From: Vulcanimicrobiota bacterium
Lineage (GTDB): Bacteria > Vulcanimicrobiota > Vulcanimicrobiia > Vulcanimicrobiales > Vulcanimicrobiaceae
Assembly: GCA_963820825.1 (NCBI GenBank)
Contig: CAWGBN010000002.1
Span: 32,001 to 96,000, forward strand
Length of the DNA: 64,000 nt
Reading direction: 5' to 3'
Position numbers and translations under genes: made by a program
Shown: in pieces, positions 29,165 to 38,709 of the stretch
Layout: each line of letters opens with the position of its first letter
Position numbering within the stretch: position 1 is the stretch's first letter
The notes under the pieces: generated by a model
Told to the model about the DNA's origin: nothing
The model's database searches: none
The model's input: the letters and a program-made list of their open reading frames with translations, nothing else

Positions 29165-29841
29165 CTAGCGCGAATATGCGGAATCAACTCCGACCGCTTG
29201 CGGCCCGTGAACGACCATCGCCTTGACGCGGCTCTTGCCGCGTCCGTTGCGCTCGGCCATGCCGAACACCAACGTCTTGCCTTCGGTCGGCCCGTGCTTC
29301 ATCTTGCGGAACCCGAGGCCCGTGGTCATCGTGGCCTTGCGGCGACCGCCGACGAAGGTTTCGTCCGCTTCGATCTCTCCGTCGAACATACGGTCATCGG
29401 TCGGAGCCATCGCCTCGCGGATGCGATGCAGCATGAACCAAGCCGTCTTTTGCGTGTACGCCAAGGGCGCGGCCTAGCTCATGCGAGGACGTTCCGTTCT
29501 TCGTGTTGGCGAGGAACCAAACGGCGGGGAGCCACTTGCTCAGCGGAAGCGGGCTGTCCTCAAAGATCGAGTTGACCTTGACCGAGAACTGCCGCTTGCA
29601 GTCCTTGCAGCGCCAAATCTTGCGGTCTTGATAAACTGGACGCTAGCCGACCCGCAGCCCAAGCGCGGGCAAGCCACGCCGTGCGGCCACCGGATTTTGA
29701 TCGCGTAGGCGTGAGCTCGGTCGGGGTCCGCAAAGTAGGTGACGGCTTCGAGCAGGGTGGTCGGCGTCGTTTCCATGCACCAAGCGTATACTCGCCGAGT
29801 GCCAACTGGGTGGCATTTGGTGCGTCAGCTATATCATTCCC
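29165..29841 (-). mobile_element. Truncated IS1595-family element (frameshifted transposase, one end visible)
   Basis: Zn-ribbon RWPHGVACPRLGC, CKDCKRQFSV, QKTAWFMLHRIREAM, EADETFVGG; probable left end GGGAATGATATAGCTGACGCACC at 29841-29819; C-terminal half absent. Confidence 0.85.
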
Positions 29842-29937
29842 ACAAATGTCAAGCCACCGAACGCGCAGGGCTGGTACAGGTTCGATGACCCAGCGCACTA
29901 AAATTAGCCGTCGTTCCCCCAAGAAAGTTTGGGCACC

Positions 29938-30921
29938 ATGCGCACTTTTCTGTCGATCCTAAAGGCGTCGCCCGGGTTCGCCGCGCTCCTTTTCGGTGCG
30001 GGCTGCAGCGGAGGAACGACCTCAACTCCGGCCGTGCCGGCCGCCTCGCGGCGCGCAGCGCAGGCGTCGCCCTCCGGCTTCAAAGAACCGGCGCTGATCG
30101 CTTTCAACACCGAGAACGGCACGCTCGAGTACTGGCCGATCAAACACGGCGGCGGAGAGACGCTGCAGCCGCTTTCCGGTTCGCTCGGGATCAACGAAGG
30201 GTACGCGCTCGCTTCGGTTGGCCATACGGTGGTCATCGCAAACTATTCGCCGGCCGAAGTCGTCACGTACAACCTCAAAACGAAAGCCGAAGCGACGATG
30301 AGCGATCCGTACGGCAATCCCTACGACATTGCCGTCGATACAACGGGTAATTTCTACGCCCTCTCTTCGAAGAACGTCGCCGTCTATAAGGTTGGATCGT
30401 CGCAGCCGACGGAGTTGACGTGCTCGAAGATTGACGAGGCTGAAGCGATCGCAGTCGATCGGGAAAGCGACGTCTTCGTCGCCGGCTACGGTCCAAGCTT
30501 CCAAGGCGTCGTGGAGTTTCGCGAGCGCTCGACGCAGTGCATCGTGCCGCATCTGCGAAAGTCGCGCGGATACATCGGCGGCATCGGCGTCGAGCCGACA
30601 ACCGATAATCTCATCGTCGTCGACGATCCCGATCTCTGCGCCGGCGGCATCGAAGGCCGAATGGTCATCTATCCAAAGCCCTACGAGCAGCGCACGTCTG
30701 TACGGCGGATCCTGTATGCCAACTATTGCTCCGGAACGATCCGTCTCGATGGCGGCGCATCGCACATCTTCTACGGCGACGCGACGGTAAGCGACGGTTT
30801 TCCACTCATAGAGCAAGCTCGATACCCGTCGGGCAAGTGGGAGGGCACTTACGAAGACGGTTATTACTCGGGCGGCAATTTCGCGGGCTTCACCGTGATG
30901 TCGAACGGGGCGCCCAACTAG
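29938..30921 (+). CDS. Lipoprotein with beta-propeller-like repeats
   Basis: Lipobox GAGC; repeats PYDIAVDTTGNFY, AIAVDRESDVFV, GIGVEPTTDNLIV. Confidence 0.75.
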   Translation: MRTFLSILKASPGFAALLFGAGCSGGTTSTPAVPAASRRAAQASPSGFKEPALIAFNTENGTLEYWPIKHGGGETLQPLSGSLGINEGYALASVGHTVVIANYSPAEVVTYNLKTKAEATMSDPYGNPYDIAVDTTGNFYALSSKNVAVYKVGSSQPTELTCSKIDEAEAIAVDRESDVFVAGYGPSFQGVVEFRERSTQCIVPHLRKSRGYIGGIGVEPTTDNLIVVDDPDLCAGGIEGRMVIYPKPYEQRTSVRRILYANYCSGTIRLDGGASHIFYGDATVSDGFPLIEQARYPSGKWEGTYEDGYYSGGNFAGFTVMSNGAPN

Positions 30922-30923
30922 GT

Positions 30924-30996
30924 CGTCCGTCGTCCTTCGTCCTTCGTACTTCGTCCTTCGACACGAGCCACTGATGCGGCTCGGCTCAGGATGACA
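30924..30996 (-). repeat. REP-like dispersed repeat (TGTCATCCTGAGC...GTCGAAGGA) with adjacent 7-bp tandem units
   Basis: Reverse complement of 30954-30996 matches 49071-49113; CGTCCTT-like units precede it. Confidence 0.65.
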
Positions 30997-31058
30997 TCCG
31001 GGTAGCAACACCGGCCCGGCGACCCCCGCCAAAACGTCGCTGCGCATAGCGCATAGCG

Positions 31059-31086
31059 CATACTTGAAACGAGTGTTTCAAGTATG
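31059..31086. promoter_or_regulatory. TetR operator palindrome overlapping promoter
   Basis: CATACTTGAAAC-GAGT-GTTTCAAGTATG, perfect 12-bp arms; TTGAAA at 31064 and TGnTAGGAT at 31085-31093. Confidence 0.8.
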
Positions 31087-31098
31087 TTAGGATAGGCC

Positions 31099-31635
31099 GT
31101 GTCGCGAACCGCGGACGAGGCCCGGCGCGCCGAGCTGCTCGACCGGGCCGTCGATTACGTCTGCCGGCACGGTTTGGCCGAGCTGTCGCTTCGGCCGCTG
31201 GCCAAAGCCGTCGGCTCGAGTCCCCGAGTCTTGCTCTATTACTTCGGATCGAAGGAGGCGTTGGTTGTCGAGATCGTCCGGCGCGGCCGCGAACGCCAGC
31301 GCGCCATGATGATGCAACTCAAGCTGCGCGGCCATTCGCCTCGCGAGGTCGCGCGGGCGCTCTGGCGCGAGTGGAGCAAGCCGGAGTGGGAACCGTTGAC
31401 GCGACTTGCCTTTGAAGTCTACACGCTCGCATTGCAAGACCGTTCGCGTTTTCCCGGCTATCTCGACGGTTCGATTAACGAGTGGCTCGACGCGCTCAAG
31501 GGATGCACGGCGACGCAAGCGACGCTCTTGATCGCCGGCTTCCGCGGCTTCTTACTCGATCTCTTGGCAACGCACGATCGCGCGCGCATCGACCGGGCAG
31601 TCGATCTCTGGCTCGAGGCGGTTTACGATGCGTGA
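31099..31635 (+). CDS. TetR/AcrR family regulator
   Basis: LSLRPLAKAVGSSPRVLLYYFGSKEAL. Confidence 0.92.
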   Translation: MSRTADEARRAELLDRAVDYVCRHGLAELSLRPLAKAVGSSPRVLLYYFGSKEALVVEIVRRGRERQRAMMMQLKLRGHSPREVARALWREWSKPEWEPLTRLAFEVYTLALQDRSRFPGYLDGSINEWLDALKGCTATQATLLIAGFRGFLLDLLATHDRARIDRAVDLWLEAVYDA

Positions 31636-32890
31636 TCCAAGCCGTCGCGCCGCGACGACGTTCATCTTCGTCACCGTGCTAATCGACATGATGACCTTCG
31701 GTATGATCGGACCGGTGCTGCCCAAACTCATCGCGAGCTTCGTGGGCAACGATTATGCGTGGGCCGCCGAGATCATCGGGCTCTTTGCGACGGCCTGGGC
31801 GTTGATGCAGTTCTTCTGCTCGCCGCTGCTTGGCATGCTCTCCGATCGCATCGGCCGCCGGCCGGTGATCCTCGTTTCCAACGCCGTCACCGTCGTCGAT
31901 TACGCGATCATGGCGCTGGCACCGAACCTGTGGTGGCTCTTCGCCGGGCGAATTCTTTCGGGGATCGCAACGTCGAACATGAGCGCGGCAAGCGCGTACA
32001 TCGCCGACGTAACCCCGCCCGAGAAGCGCGCGGCGGCCTTCGGCATCCTCGGCAGCGCCTTTGGGCTCGGCTTCGTTCTCGGTCCCGCGATCGGCGGTAT
32101 CGTCGGCAACGTCAATCCGCGGCTGACGTTCTGGGCCGCGGCACTCTTCGCGCTGATCAACACGCTCTACGGACTCTTCGTGCTGCCCGAGTCGCTGCCG
32201 CGCGAACGGCGCACGCCGAAGCTGCAATGGCGGCGCGCAAATCCGATCGGATCGCTGCGCCTGCTGCGCTCGCACCACGAACTCTGGGGCCTCGCCTGCG
32301 TCAACTTCATCACCTACCTGGCGCACGAAGTTCTTCCCAACGTCTGGGTGATCTACTGCATCGCCGCGTTCGGATGGAGCACCGGCAGCATCGGACTCAC
32401 GCTCGCGCTCGTGGGGACGATCGCCGCGATCAATCAAGCGACGATGATCGGCCCGGTCGTCAAACGGCTGGGCGAACGGCGCCTGCTGCTGGCGAGCCTC
32501 GCCGTCGCCGCGATCGGACTCGCGCTGATGGGAGCCGATAACGGAATTCTCTTCCTCGTCGCCGCGGTCATCATATCGCTGCCGATGTATCAAGCCTCGT
32601 CGCAGGCGCTGATGACGCGCCGCGTCGGGCCGGCCGAACAAGGCGAGCTCCAAGGCGCGCTCGGCTCCGTTCGCGGCATCTCGATGTTGATCGGACCCTC
32701 GCTCTTCACGTTGGTCTTCGCGCAGTTCGCCGGACCGTGGCGGTCGCTCGGATTGATGGGCGCGCCGTGGTTCTTGGCGGCGCTGCTCTATGGCGTCTCG
32801 CTCTTACTCGCCTGGCGCGTTACCTCGCACGCCGACGACGTCGTGCTGCCGATTCCCGAACCGGCACCGCCGCTGTACGCCGAGAGTTAA
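31628..32890 (+). CDS. TetA-like (DHA1) MFS efflux transporter
   Basis: LMQFFCSPLLGMLSDRIGRRPVIL, AYIADVTPPEKRA, GFVLGPAIGG, LPESL, QGELQG. Confidence 0.9.
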   Translation: MRDPSRRAATTFIFVTVLIDMMTFGMIGPVLPKLIASFVGNDYAWAAEIIGLFATAWALMQFFCSPLLGMLSDRIGRRPVILVSNAVTVVDYAIMALAPNLWWLFAGRILSGIATSNMSAASAYIADVTPPEKRAAAFGILGSAFGLGFVLGPAIGGIVGNVNPRLTFWAAALFALINTLYGLFVLPESLPRERRTPKLQWRRANPIGSLRLLRSHHELWGLACVNFITYLAHEVLPNVWVIYCIAAFGWSTGSIGLTLALVGTIAAINQATMIGPVVKRLGERRLLLASLAVAAIGLALMGADNGILFLVAAVIISLPMYQASSQALMTRRVGPAEQGELQGALGSVRGISMLIGPSLFTLVFAQFAGPWRSLGLMGAPWFLAALLYGVSLLLAWRVTSHADDVVLPIPEPAPPLYAES

Positions 32891-33876
32891 GCAAAGACGA
32901 CGATCGGCTTGATGATCTGCGCCTCCGCGAGTTGCCGGTAGGCCCGGGGAACTTCATCGAGCGCAACGAGATCGGCGCCGAGCTTCGCGGCGGTGACGAC
33001 GCCCCCTGCTACCAGCTCGAGCGCCGCGCGCGTGTCGTCGGGGCCGCACGAATAGCTCGCGACGACGCGCAGATCGCCGAAGTATAATCGCTGTGAATCG
33101 ATCGTCACCGGTAGCTCGGGGGGAAACGGCGTAAACATCACCACGGTTGCGGCCGGCGCGGCGGCCTCGACCGCGGCCTGCATCGCCGCAGCCGTGCCGG
33201 GGCCGCAGATCACCACGTCGGCACCGTCGGGTAGCGCCGGTCGAACGTCATCGGGGTGAAATGCGATGGCGCCGTTGCGTTCCGCGACGGCTCGCCGCGT
33301 GGCGAGGAAGTCGCCGCCGAAGACCTCGGCGCCGAGCGCGCGCGCGGCGAGCACGTGCAGCAAGCCCATCACCCCGAGTCCGATGACGTAGCAACGGTCG
33401 CCCACACGCAGGCCGCTGCGGCGCAACGACTTCACTACGCAAGCGAGCGGCTCGACCAGCGACGCATCGGGAAAGCCGACGTTCGACGGCAAGCGGAGCG
33501 TGTCGCGCAAGTTTGCCGCACTAACGCGAAAGTACTCGGCGATGCCGCCGGGATCGATCTTGGTCGCGCGCCAGGTCGCACACTGCACGTACTCGCCGCG
33601 CCCGCAGGCACGACACTCAAAGCACGGTGCGTGATGGTGCACGAAGACCCGATCGCCGACGGCAAACGGCACGTCCCCGCGGGTCTCGGCAACGACGCCG
33701 GCCGGTTCGTGACCCAGCACGAGCGGCGCCTTTCGTCGAATATACCAGGGCATGACGTCGCCGCTGCAGATGCCGCTCGCCATGGTGCGCACCAGGATCT
33801 CGCCCTCGCCGAGCGGTGGAATCGCGCGCTCTTCGATACGGATGTCGTCGACGTCGTAGAGCACGCCCGCCCGCAT
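32887..33876 (-). CDS. Zinc-binding medium-chain dehydrogenase (polyol DH-like)
   Basis: GICSGD, GHEPAG, CFECRAC...C, EPLAC, GLGVMG. Confidence 0.88.
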   Translation of the reverse strand: MRAGVLYDVDDIRIEERAIPPLGEGEILVRTMASGICSGDVMPWYIRRKAPLVLGHEPAGVVAETRGDVPFAVGDRVFVHHHAPCFECRACGRGEYVQCATWRATKIDPGGIAEYFRVSAANLRDTLRLPSNVGFPDASLVEPLACVVKSLRRSGLRVGDRCYVIGLGVMGLLHVLAARALGAEVFGGDFLATRRAVAERNGAIAFHPDDVRPALPDGADVVICGPGTAAAMQAAVEAAAPAATVVMFTPFPPELPVTIDSQRLYFGDLRVVASYSCGPDDTRAALELVAGGVVTAAKLGADLVALDEVPRAYRQLAEAQIIKPIVVFA

Positions 33877-33887
33877 CGTACCCCCGC

Positions 33888-34907
33888 TCATGGCTCGATC
33901 AATACTTTGAGCCCGACGCCGGAATCGAGATCGTGAAAGGCCGCTGCAATCTCGCCGAGCGGATACTGCCGCGAGATGAGCTGCGCGAGCGGAAGCGCGT
34001 GCGCGGCGATCAGCGCGTAGGCCTCCCGCACGTCTGCCGGCGAGAAATGAAAGGGCGCGAGCAGCCGGATTTCGTCGTAGTGCAGCCGTGCGGCGAGAAA
34101 CGAGACGCGCGCCTCGCCTGGCAGTCCGGCAAAGAACGAGACCGTTCCACCACGCCGCGCAAACGACGGCGCACTCTCCCACATCTCGATCGTGCCGGTG
34201 CATTCGACGACCGTGTCGGCACCGCGGCCCTCCGTTCGCTCGAGGATCGTTTCGTGGATCGGCATAACGCGCGTATCGAAGCTCTGTAGTCCGAGCGCGC
34301 GCGCCAACTCCAGACGCGCCGTGTTTCGTCCGAAGAGCATCGCGTCGACCCCCAGGCGCTCGAGCACGAGTGCGTGGAGTATGCCGAAGCCCCCATTGCC
34401 GATAATTGCAACGCTTGCACCGGGCACTGGTGAGAGCATTGCAATCGAGTGAACGACGCAGGCCAGCGGTTCGAGGAAGGCGGCTTCGGAGTAGCTCACG
34501 TCGGCCGGCTTGAGGAAGCAGTTTTGCTCGACGATCCGCTTTGGAACGGCGATGCAGTCGGAGTAGGCGCCCAAGAGCATCGCCGGCATCAGCTCCTCGC
34601 AGAGCTCCTCCTGACCGTGTGTGCACCAGAAACACTCGCCGCACGGTGCCGTGTGCACGCACATGATCGCATCGCCGGCCGAGAATGCGGTGACGCCCGC
34701 TCCGACCGCGGCGACGTCGCCGGAGAACTCGTGTCCGAAGCGCGTCGGCATCGGCATCTTGGGATGCCCGCGCCGATAGGTCTTGAGATCGGTTCCGTCG
34801 GTCAGCGCCGCGCGCACGCGCACGACGATGCCGCCTTCCGGTGCGGCCGGCGCCGGCTCGTCGCGCAGCTCGATCGTGCGCGGTGCAACGAGGACTGCTA
34901 CACGCAC
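33888..34907 (-). CDS. Zinc-binding medium-chain dehydrogenase, Asp at the usual catalytic Cys
   Basis: ALTDGTD, GHEFSG, CGECFWC...C, EPLAC, GNGGFG. Confidence 0.88.
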   Translation of the reverse strand: MRVAVLVAPRTIELRDEPAPAAPEGGIVVRVRAALTDGTDLKTYRRGHPKMPMPTRFGHEFSGDVAAVGAGVTAFSAGDAIMCVHTAPCGECFWCTHGQEELCEELMPAMLLGAYSDCIAVPKRIVEQNCFLKPADVSYSEAAFLEPLACVVHSIAMLSPVPGASVAIIGNGGFGILHALVLERLGVDAMLFGRNTARLELARALGLQSFDTRVMPIHETILERTEGRGADTVVECTGTIEMWESAPSFARRGGTVSFFAGLPGEARVSFLAARLHYDEIRLLAPFHFSPADVREAYALIAAHALPLAQLISRQYPLGEIAAAFHDLDSGVGLKVLIEP

Positions 34908-35341
34908 GAAATCAACGCAGAGCGAATCGGTTCGGGGAGCGGCCGGCTCTTCTTGGTGGTACCGTCCATCGCCGCAACGATCAGCTTCATCGCGGCTCCC
35001 GGTTCGCCGGTACGCTCGTTGAAAAAAACCGTCAGCCAGCGGAGGCTCGACGCGCCGACGTGCTCGACGTGCGTACGCATCCGCAGCCAATCGCTCATCA
35101 ATGCCGGAGCGTGGTACTCGGCCTCGACCCGTACCCGCGGCAGCCAAAAATTGTAATCGGTAAAGACGCTTTCATACGGAAAGCCAAGCTCGCCGAAGAG
35201 CTGCATCTCGGCGTACTCCGCGAAGCGCGAATAGGCGGCGAAGTACATGATGCCGGCGATGTCGATGTCGGCCCACTGCACTTGCAGCCTCGCTTCGAAG
35301 ATTCGAGCGCTCGAGGGAATCGGGTCGCGGAACTTGCTCAC
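34898..35341 (-). CDS. Acyl-CoA thioesterase (hot-dog fold, YbgC/4HBT-like)
   Basis: VQWADIDIAGIMYFAAY, EYHAPA. Confidence 0.85.
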   Translation of the reverse strand: MSKFRDPIPSSARIFEARLQVQWADIDIAGIMYFAAYSRFAEYAEMQLFGELGFPYESVFTDYNFWLPRVRVEAEYHAPALMSDWLRMRTHVEHVGASSLRWLTVFFNERTGEPGAAMKLIVAAMDGTTKKSRPLPEPIRSALISCV

Positions 35342-35937
35342 TCCGCGACCCCCAGTGCGTTGGCGGCGTACCGCGCGAGCGGGTCGGCCTCGAGGTTGAC
35401 GCTGCTGCCCGGCGAGCGCGATCCGAGCGTCGTGCGCGCGAGCGTCTCGGGAATGAGGGCGACTTCAAACGACTCGCCATTTGCCGCCGCAACGGTGAGG
35501 CTCACGCCGTCGACCGCAACGAAACCCTTGGGAGCGATCAATGCCGCGAGCGATTGCGGCCGCTCGATTCGCATGCGTTCTCCCGATCCTTCGCGCGTCC
35601 GGTCGAGCACGCGCGCTGCGACATCGACGTGTCCGTAGACCATGTGTCCTCCGATTCGATCGTTGAGACGCAGCGCGTACTCGACGTTCACGCAATCGCC
35701 GGTTGCCCGTTCGCCTAGCGTGCTGCACGCGAGCGTCTCAGGCACCACGTCAAAGGTAACGACCTCGCCGTCGATCGCCGTCGCCGTGAGACAGACGCCG
35801 TCGATCGCAATAGAATCCTTCGTCTCGGGCCGTTCGTGCGCGATGCCGTCGCAACGCACCTTGAGCGTGGCGCCGCCGCCGGCACGCGGCTCGTACACAA
35901 CCACGGTGCCGCGATAGGCGATGATCCCGCTAAACAC
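35338..35937 (-). CDS. ribE: Riboflavin synthase (alpha)
   Basis: MFSGII, SIAIDGVCLT, GGHMVYGHVD, KGFVAVDGVSLT, VNLEAD. Confidence 0.95.
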   Translation of the reverse strand: MFSGIIAYRGTVVVYEPRAGGGATLKVRCDGIAHERPETKDSIAIDGVCLTATAIDGEVVTFDVVPETLACSTLGERATGDCVNVEYALRLNDRIGGHMVYGHVDVAARVLDRTREGSGERMRIERPQSLAALIAPKGFVAVDGVSLTVAAANGESFEVALIPETLARTTLGSRSPGSSVNLEADPLARYAANALGVAE

Positions 35938-37051
35938 GCGACGTGCCTTCGATCGGGTTTAGTACGCCGGAGATGATGACGTCGGCGCCGGCGCGCTCGA
36001 CGCGATCGATGCGAACCTCGACGCCGGCGAGGTTGCTGCCCGAGAGCACCGGGACCGCGGTCGCTCCGCTCAAAAACCGCGGCGCGATCGCCCAGTAGAC
36101 GCGGTCGACCATCCCGGCGGCAAGAAGGCTTGCGGCAAGCTTCGGGCCGCCCTCGCAGAGCACGCTGAAGATTCCGCGAGCGCGCAACGTTGTCATCGCG
36201 GCGCGCAGATCGAGCGCATCGTCGCCATTGGTTTCGACCTCAACGACGTCGGCAACGGCACGCAACGCTTCGAACCGATCGCCGCGGCCGGCCGGCACCA
36301 GCGCGATCGTCGTCGTGTAACCGTCGGCTTCGGCGAAGACGCGGCTGCTCGCCGATACCGGATCGCTGCCGCATACGACGACGCGCACGTACGGACGCAG
36401 CCGGCTGTGCGGCGGCCGAATCGTCAATTGCGAATCGTCGACGCGAATCGTTCCCGCGCCGGCCATGACCGCATCGTACCGGGTGCGCAGGTCGCGGACG
36501 TAGCGCTCTTCTTCCGCGGAGCCGAGCCGCTCTTGCACGCCGGGCCGCGCGGCGACGACGCCGTCGAGCGACATGGCCATCTTCACGGCGACGTACGGGC
36601 GCGCGCTCGCGTTGGCGCGCGCGAAGATCTCGATGAGCTCGCGCGCCGCCGGATCGTCGGCGATCGTCACCTCGATGCCGCACTCGCGCAGCTCCGCGGC
36701 GCCGCCGCGTCCGCTCGGATCGACCGTTCCGGCGACGACGCGCGCAACGCCGGCCGCGGCCAGCGCCTGCGTGCAGGGCGGAGTTCGCCCGACGTGGCGG
36801 CAGGGTTCCAGCGAGACGTAGAGCGTCGAACCGCGCGCCTGCGCGCCCGCTTGTGCGAGCGCGTCGGTCTCGGCATGCGCCGCACCGGCCCGGTGGTGAT
36901 ATCCCTCGCCGACGCGACGTCCGCCGTGCACCACGACCGCGCCGACCGGCGGGTTCGGCGCGGTGTTGCCGATACCGCGAGCGGCGAGCTCGTAGGCACG
37001 CTGGAGGTAGAGCTCGTCGAGCGACGTCAGCTCACGATCGGTAGACCCCAC
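35930..37051 (-). CDS. ribD: Bifunctional pyrimidine deaminase/reductase
   Basis: PNPPVG, HAE, LEPCRHVGRTPPC, KMAMSLDG, EGG. Confidence 0.95.
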   Translation of the reverse strand: MGSTDRELTSLDELYLQRAYELAARGIGNTAPNPPVGAVVVHGGRRVGEGYHHRAGAAHAETDALAQAGAQARGSTLYVSLEPCRHVGRTPPCTQALAAAGVARVVAGTVDPSGRGGAAELRECGIEVTIADDPAARELIEIFARANASARPYVAVKMAMSLDGVVAARPGVQERLGSAEEERYVRDLRTRYDAVMAGAGTIRVDDSQLTIRPPHSRLRPYVRVVVCGSDPVSASSRVFAEADGYTTTIALVPAGRGDRFEALRAVADVVEVETNGDDALDLRAAMTTLRARGIFSVLCEGGPKLAASLLAAGMVDRVYWAIAPRFLSGATAVPVLSGSNLAGVEVRIDRVERAGADVIISGVLNPIEGTSRV

Positions 37052-37650
37052 GGGGTTCCGCTCTTCGTCACCGCGACGACCACGGCATCCTCAACCCGGC
37101 CTCCCGCCTCCCGCACGGCGCCGGCGCAGTCGCGCAGCGTCGAACCGGTCGTACAGACGTCGTCGAAGAGGGTGACGCGCCGTCCGGCCACGACCGCCGG
37201 ATCGCAGGCGAATCGTCCCGCGGCGGCGAGCCGCTGCGCCCTTGACCGTCCGCGCTGCGCGTCGCCGGCGCACTGTTCCAACGCAATCGCGACCCGCGCG
37301 CCGGCAATCGCCGCAGCGTGTTGCGCAACCAGGGCCACGCCGTCGCAGCCGCGAGCGCGGCGGCGGCGCAGGGTCGTCGGGATCGGCACGAGGAGCGAGC
37401 CGGGGACGACGAGCGCTGCGACGTTACGTCCGAGCGCTTCGGCAACGTCCCGTCGCCCGTCTTTGAGCGCGAGCACGGCCGCACGCAGATTCCCTTCATA
37501 CGCGCCGAATGCGGTGACCCGCAGCATTGGAAAGCGAACGCGTATGCGCTCGCACGCGCTCGCGCACGGCTCGCAGAGCCCCGAACCGAGCGCGTTACAC
37601 CCCGCACACTGCGCGGGAAAGAGTAGGTCGAGAATCCGCCGCCATACCAC
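37027..37650 (-). CDS. comF: ComF-family protein (Zn ribbon + PRTase)
   Basis: LLFPAQCAGC...LCEPC, FDDVCTTGSTL. Confidence 0.85.
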   Translation of the reverse strand: MVWRRILDLLFPAQCAGCNALGSGLCEPCASACERIRVRFPMLRVTAFGAYEGNLRAAVLALKDGRRDVAEALGRNVAALVVPGSLLVPIPTTLRRRRARGCDGVALVAQHAAAIAGARVAIALEQCAGDAQRGRSRAQRLAAAGRFACDPAVVAGRRVTLFDDVCTTGSTLRDCAGAVREAGGRVEDAVVVAVTKSGTPWGLPIVS

Positions 37651-37689
37651 GCCGCTCGATCACGACGGCGATGGTGAGTAGCTAGGGCG

Positions 37690-38709
37690 CTAGGCGCCGC
37701 CGGCAACGAGTGCGTTGGTCATCACGCTCGCGGGTTCGACGATATAGCCGTTACCGACGATCGTATCGCAGAGCTCGGCGTGCGCTCCGATCCGCGCACC
37801 CTGCCAGCAGATCGTTCGTTCGAGGAGCACGCCGTCTTCGACGCATACGCCGTCGTCGAGAATGCTCGGACCGACGATGCGAACGCCCTCGGCGACGACG
37901 ACTCCGGCGCCGACCCGGACCGGTCCCTCGAGGCGAACGCCGGCGGCGATCTTCGCGGAGGGATCGATTCCATTCGGCGTCGTTTGCGGAATTCGCATGA
38001 CGCCGCGCACCACGTCGTAGCTCGCCCGCCGGTACTCGCGCGGCGTGCCGATGTCGGCCCAGTACGCACCGGCCGCTTCGAAACCGTAGAAAGGTTCGCC
38101 CGCGCCCTGCAGCGCGGGAAAGACTTGATTGCCGAAATCGTAGAATTCGTTCGCCGGGATATGCTCGAAGATCGCCGGCGAGAAGGCGTAGACGCCGGTG
38201 TTGGCGAGTTTGCTCAGCTCGGTCCCCCTCTTCGGCTTCTCTTGGAAGCCGACGATCTTGCCGCGCTCGTCGAGCACGACGACGCCGTATTGATCCACCT
38301 CGTCGCACTCGACCAACCCGATCGTCGCAATCGCGTTGCGGTCGCGATGGAAATCGAAGAGCTTGTCGAGACGCATGTCGGTGACCTCGTCGCAACCGAT
38401 GACGAGAAAGGGCCCGTCGTCGAAGAACTCTTCGATCTTCTTCACGCCGCCCGCGCTGCCCAGGAGCTGCGGCTCGTACGAGTAGTGGAGCTTGACGCCG
38501 AAGCGCGAGCCGTCGCCAAGCGTCGAAACAATGGCATCGGCGAGGTAGTGCGTGTTGATCGCGATCTCGTCGAATCCGTACGCCTTGAGATAATGCAGCA
38601 GATGCGCGGCGTTGGGAACGCCGGCAACGGGGACGAGCGGCTTTGGAACGAGTTTGGTAAGCGGATAGAGGCGCGTCGAAAGACCGCCGGCCAAGATCAT
38701 CGCTTTCAC
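37690..38709 (-). CDS. NDP-sugar synthase (mannose-1-P guanylyltransferase-like)
   Basis: AMILAGGLSTRLYPLT..PKPL, GSAGGVK, FQEKP, WADIG; left-handed beta-helix C-terminus. Confidence 0.9.
   Translation of the reverse strand: MKAMILAGGLSTRLYPLTKLVPKPLVPVAGVPNAAHLLHYLKAYGFDEIAINTHYLADAIVSTLGDGSRFGVKLHYSYEPQLLGSAGGVKKIEEFFDDGPFLVIGCDEVTDMRLDKLFDFHRDRNAIATIGLVECDEVDQYGVVVLDERGKIVGFQEKPKRGTELSKLANTGVYAFSPAIFEHIPANEFYDFGNQVFPALQGAGEPFYGFEAAGAYWADIGTPREYRRASYDVVRGVMRIPQTTPNGIDPSAKIAAGVRLEGPVRVGAGVVVAEGVRIVGPSILDDGVCVEDGVLLERTICWQGARIGAHAELCDTIVGNGYIVEPASVMTNALVAGGA

Noticed and set aside
29110..29165. FMN riboswitch before ribBA, or purine/ZTP riboswitch before purB
   Set aside because: Intergenic space is too short (~55-60 bp) and no aptamer motifs are visible.
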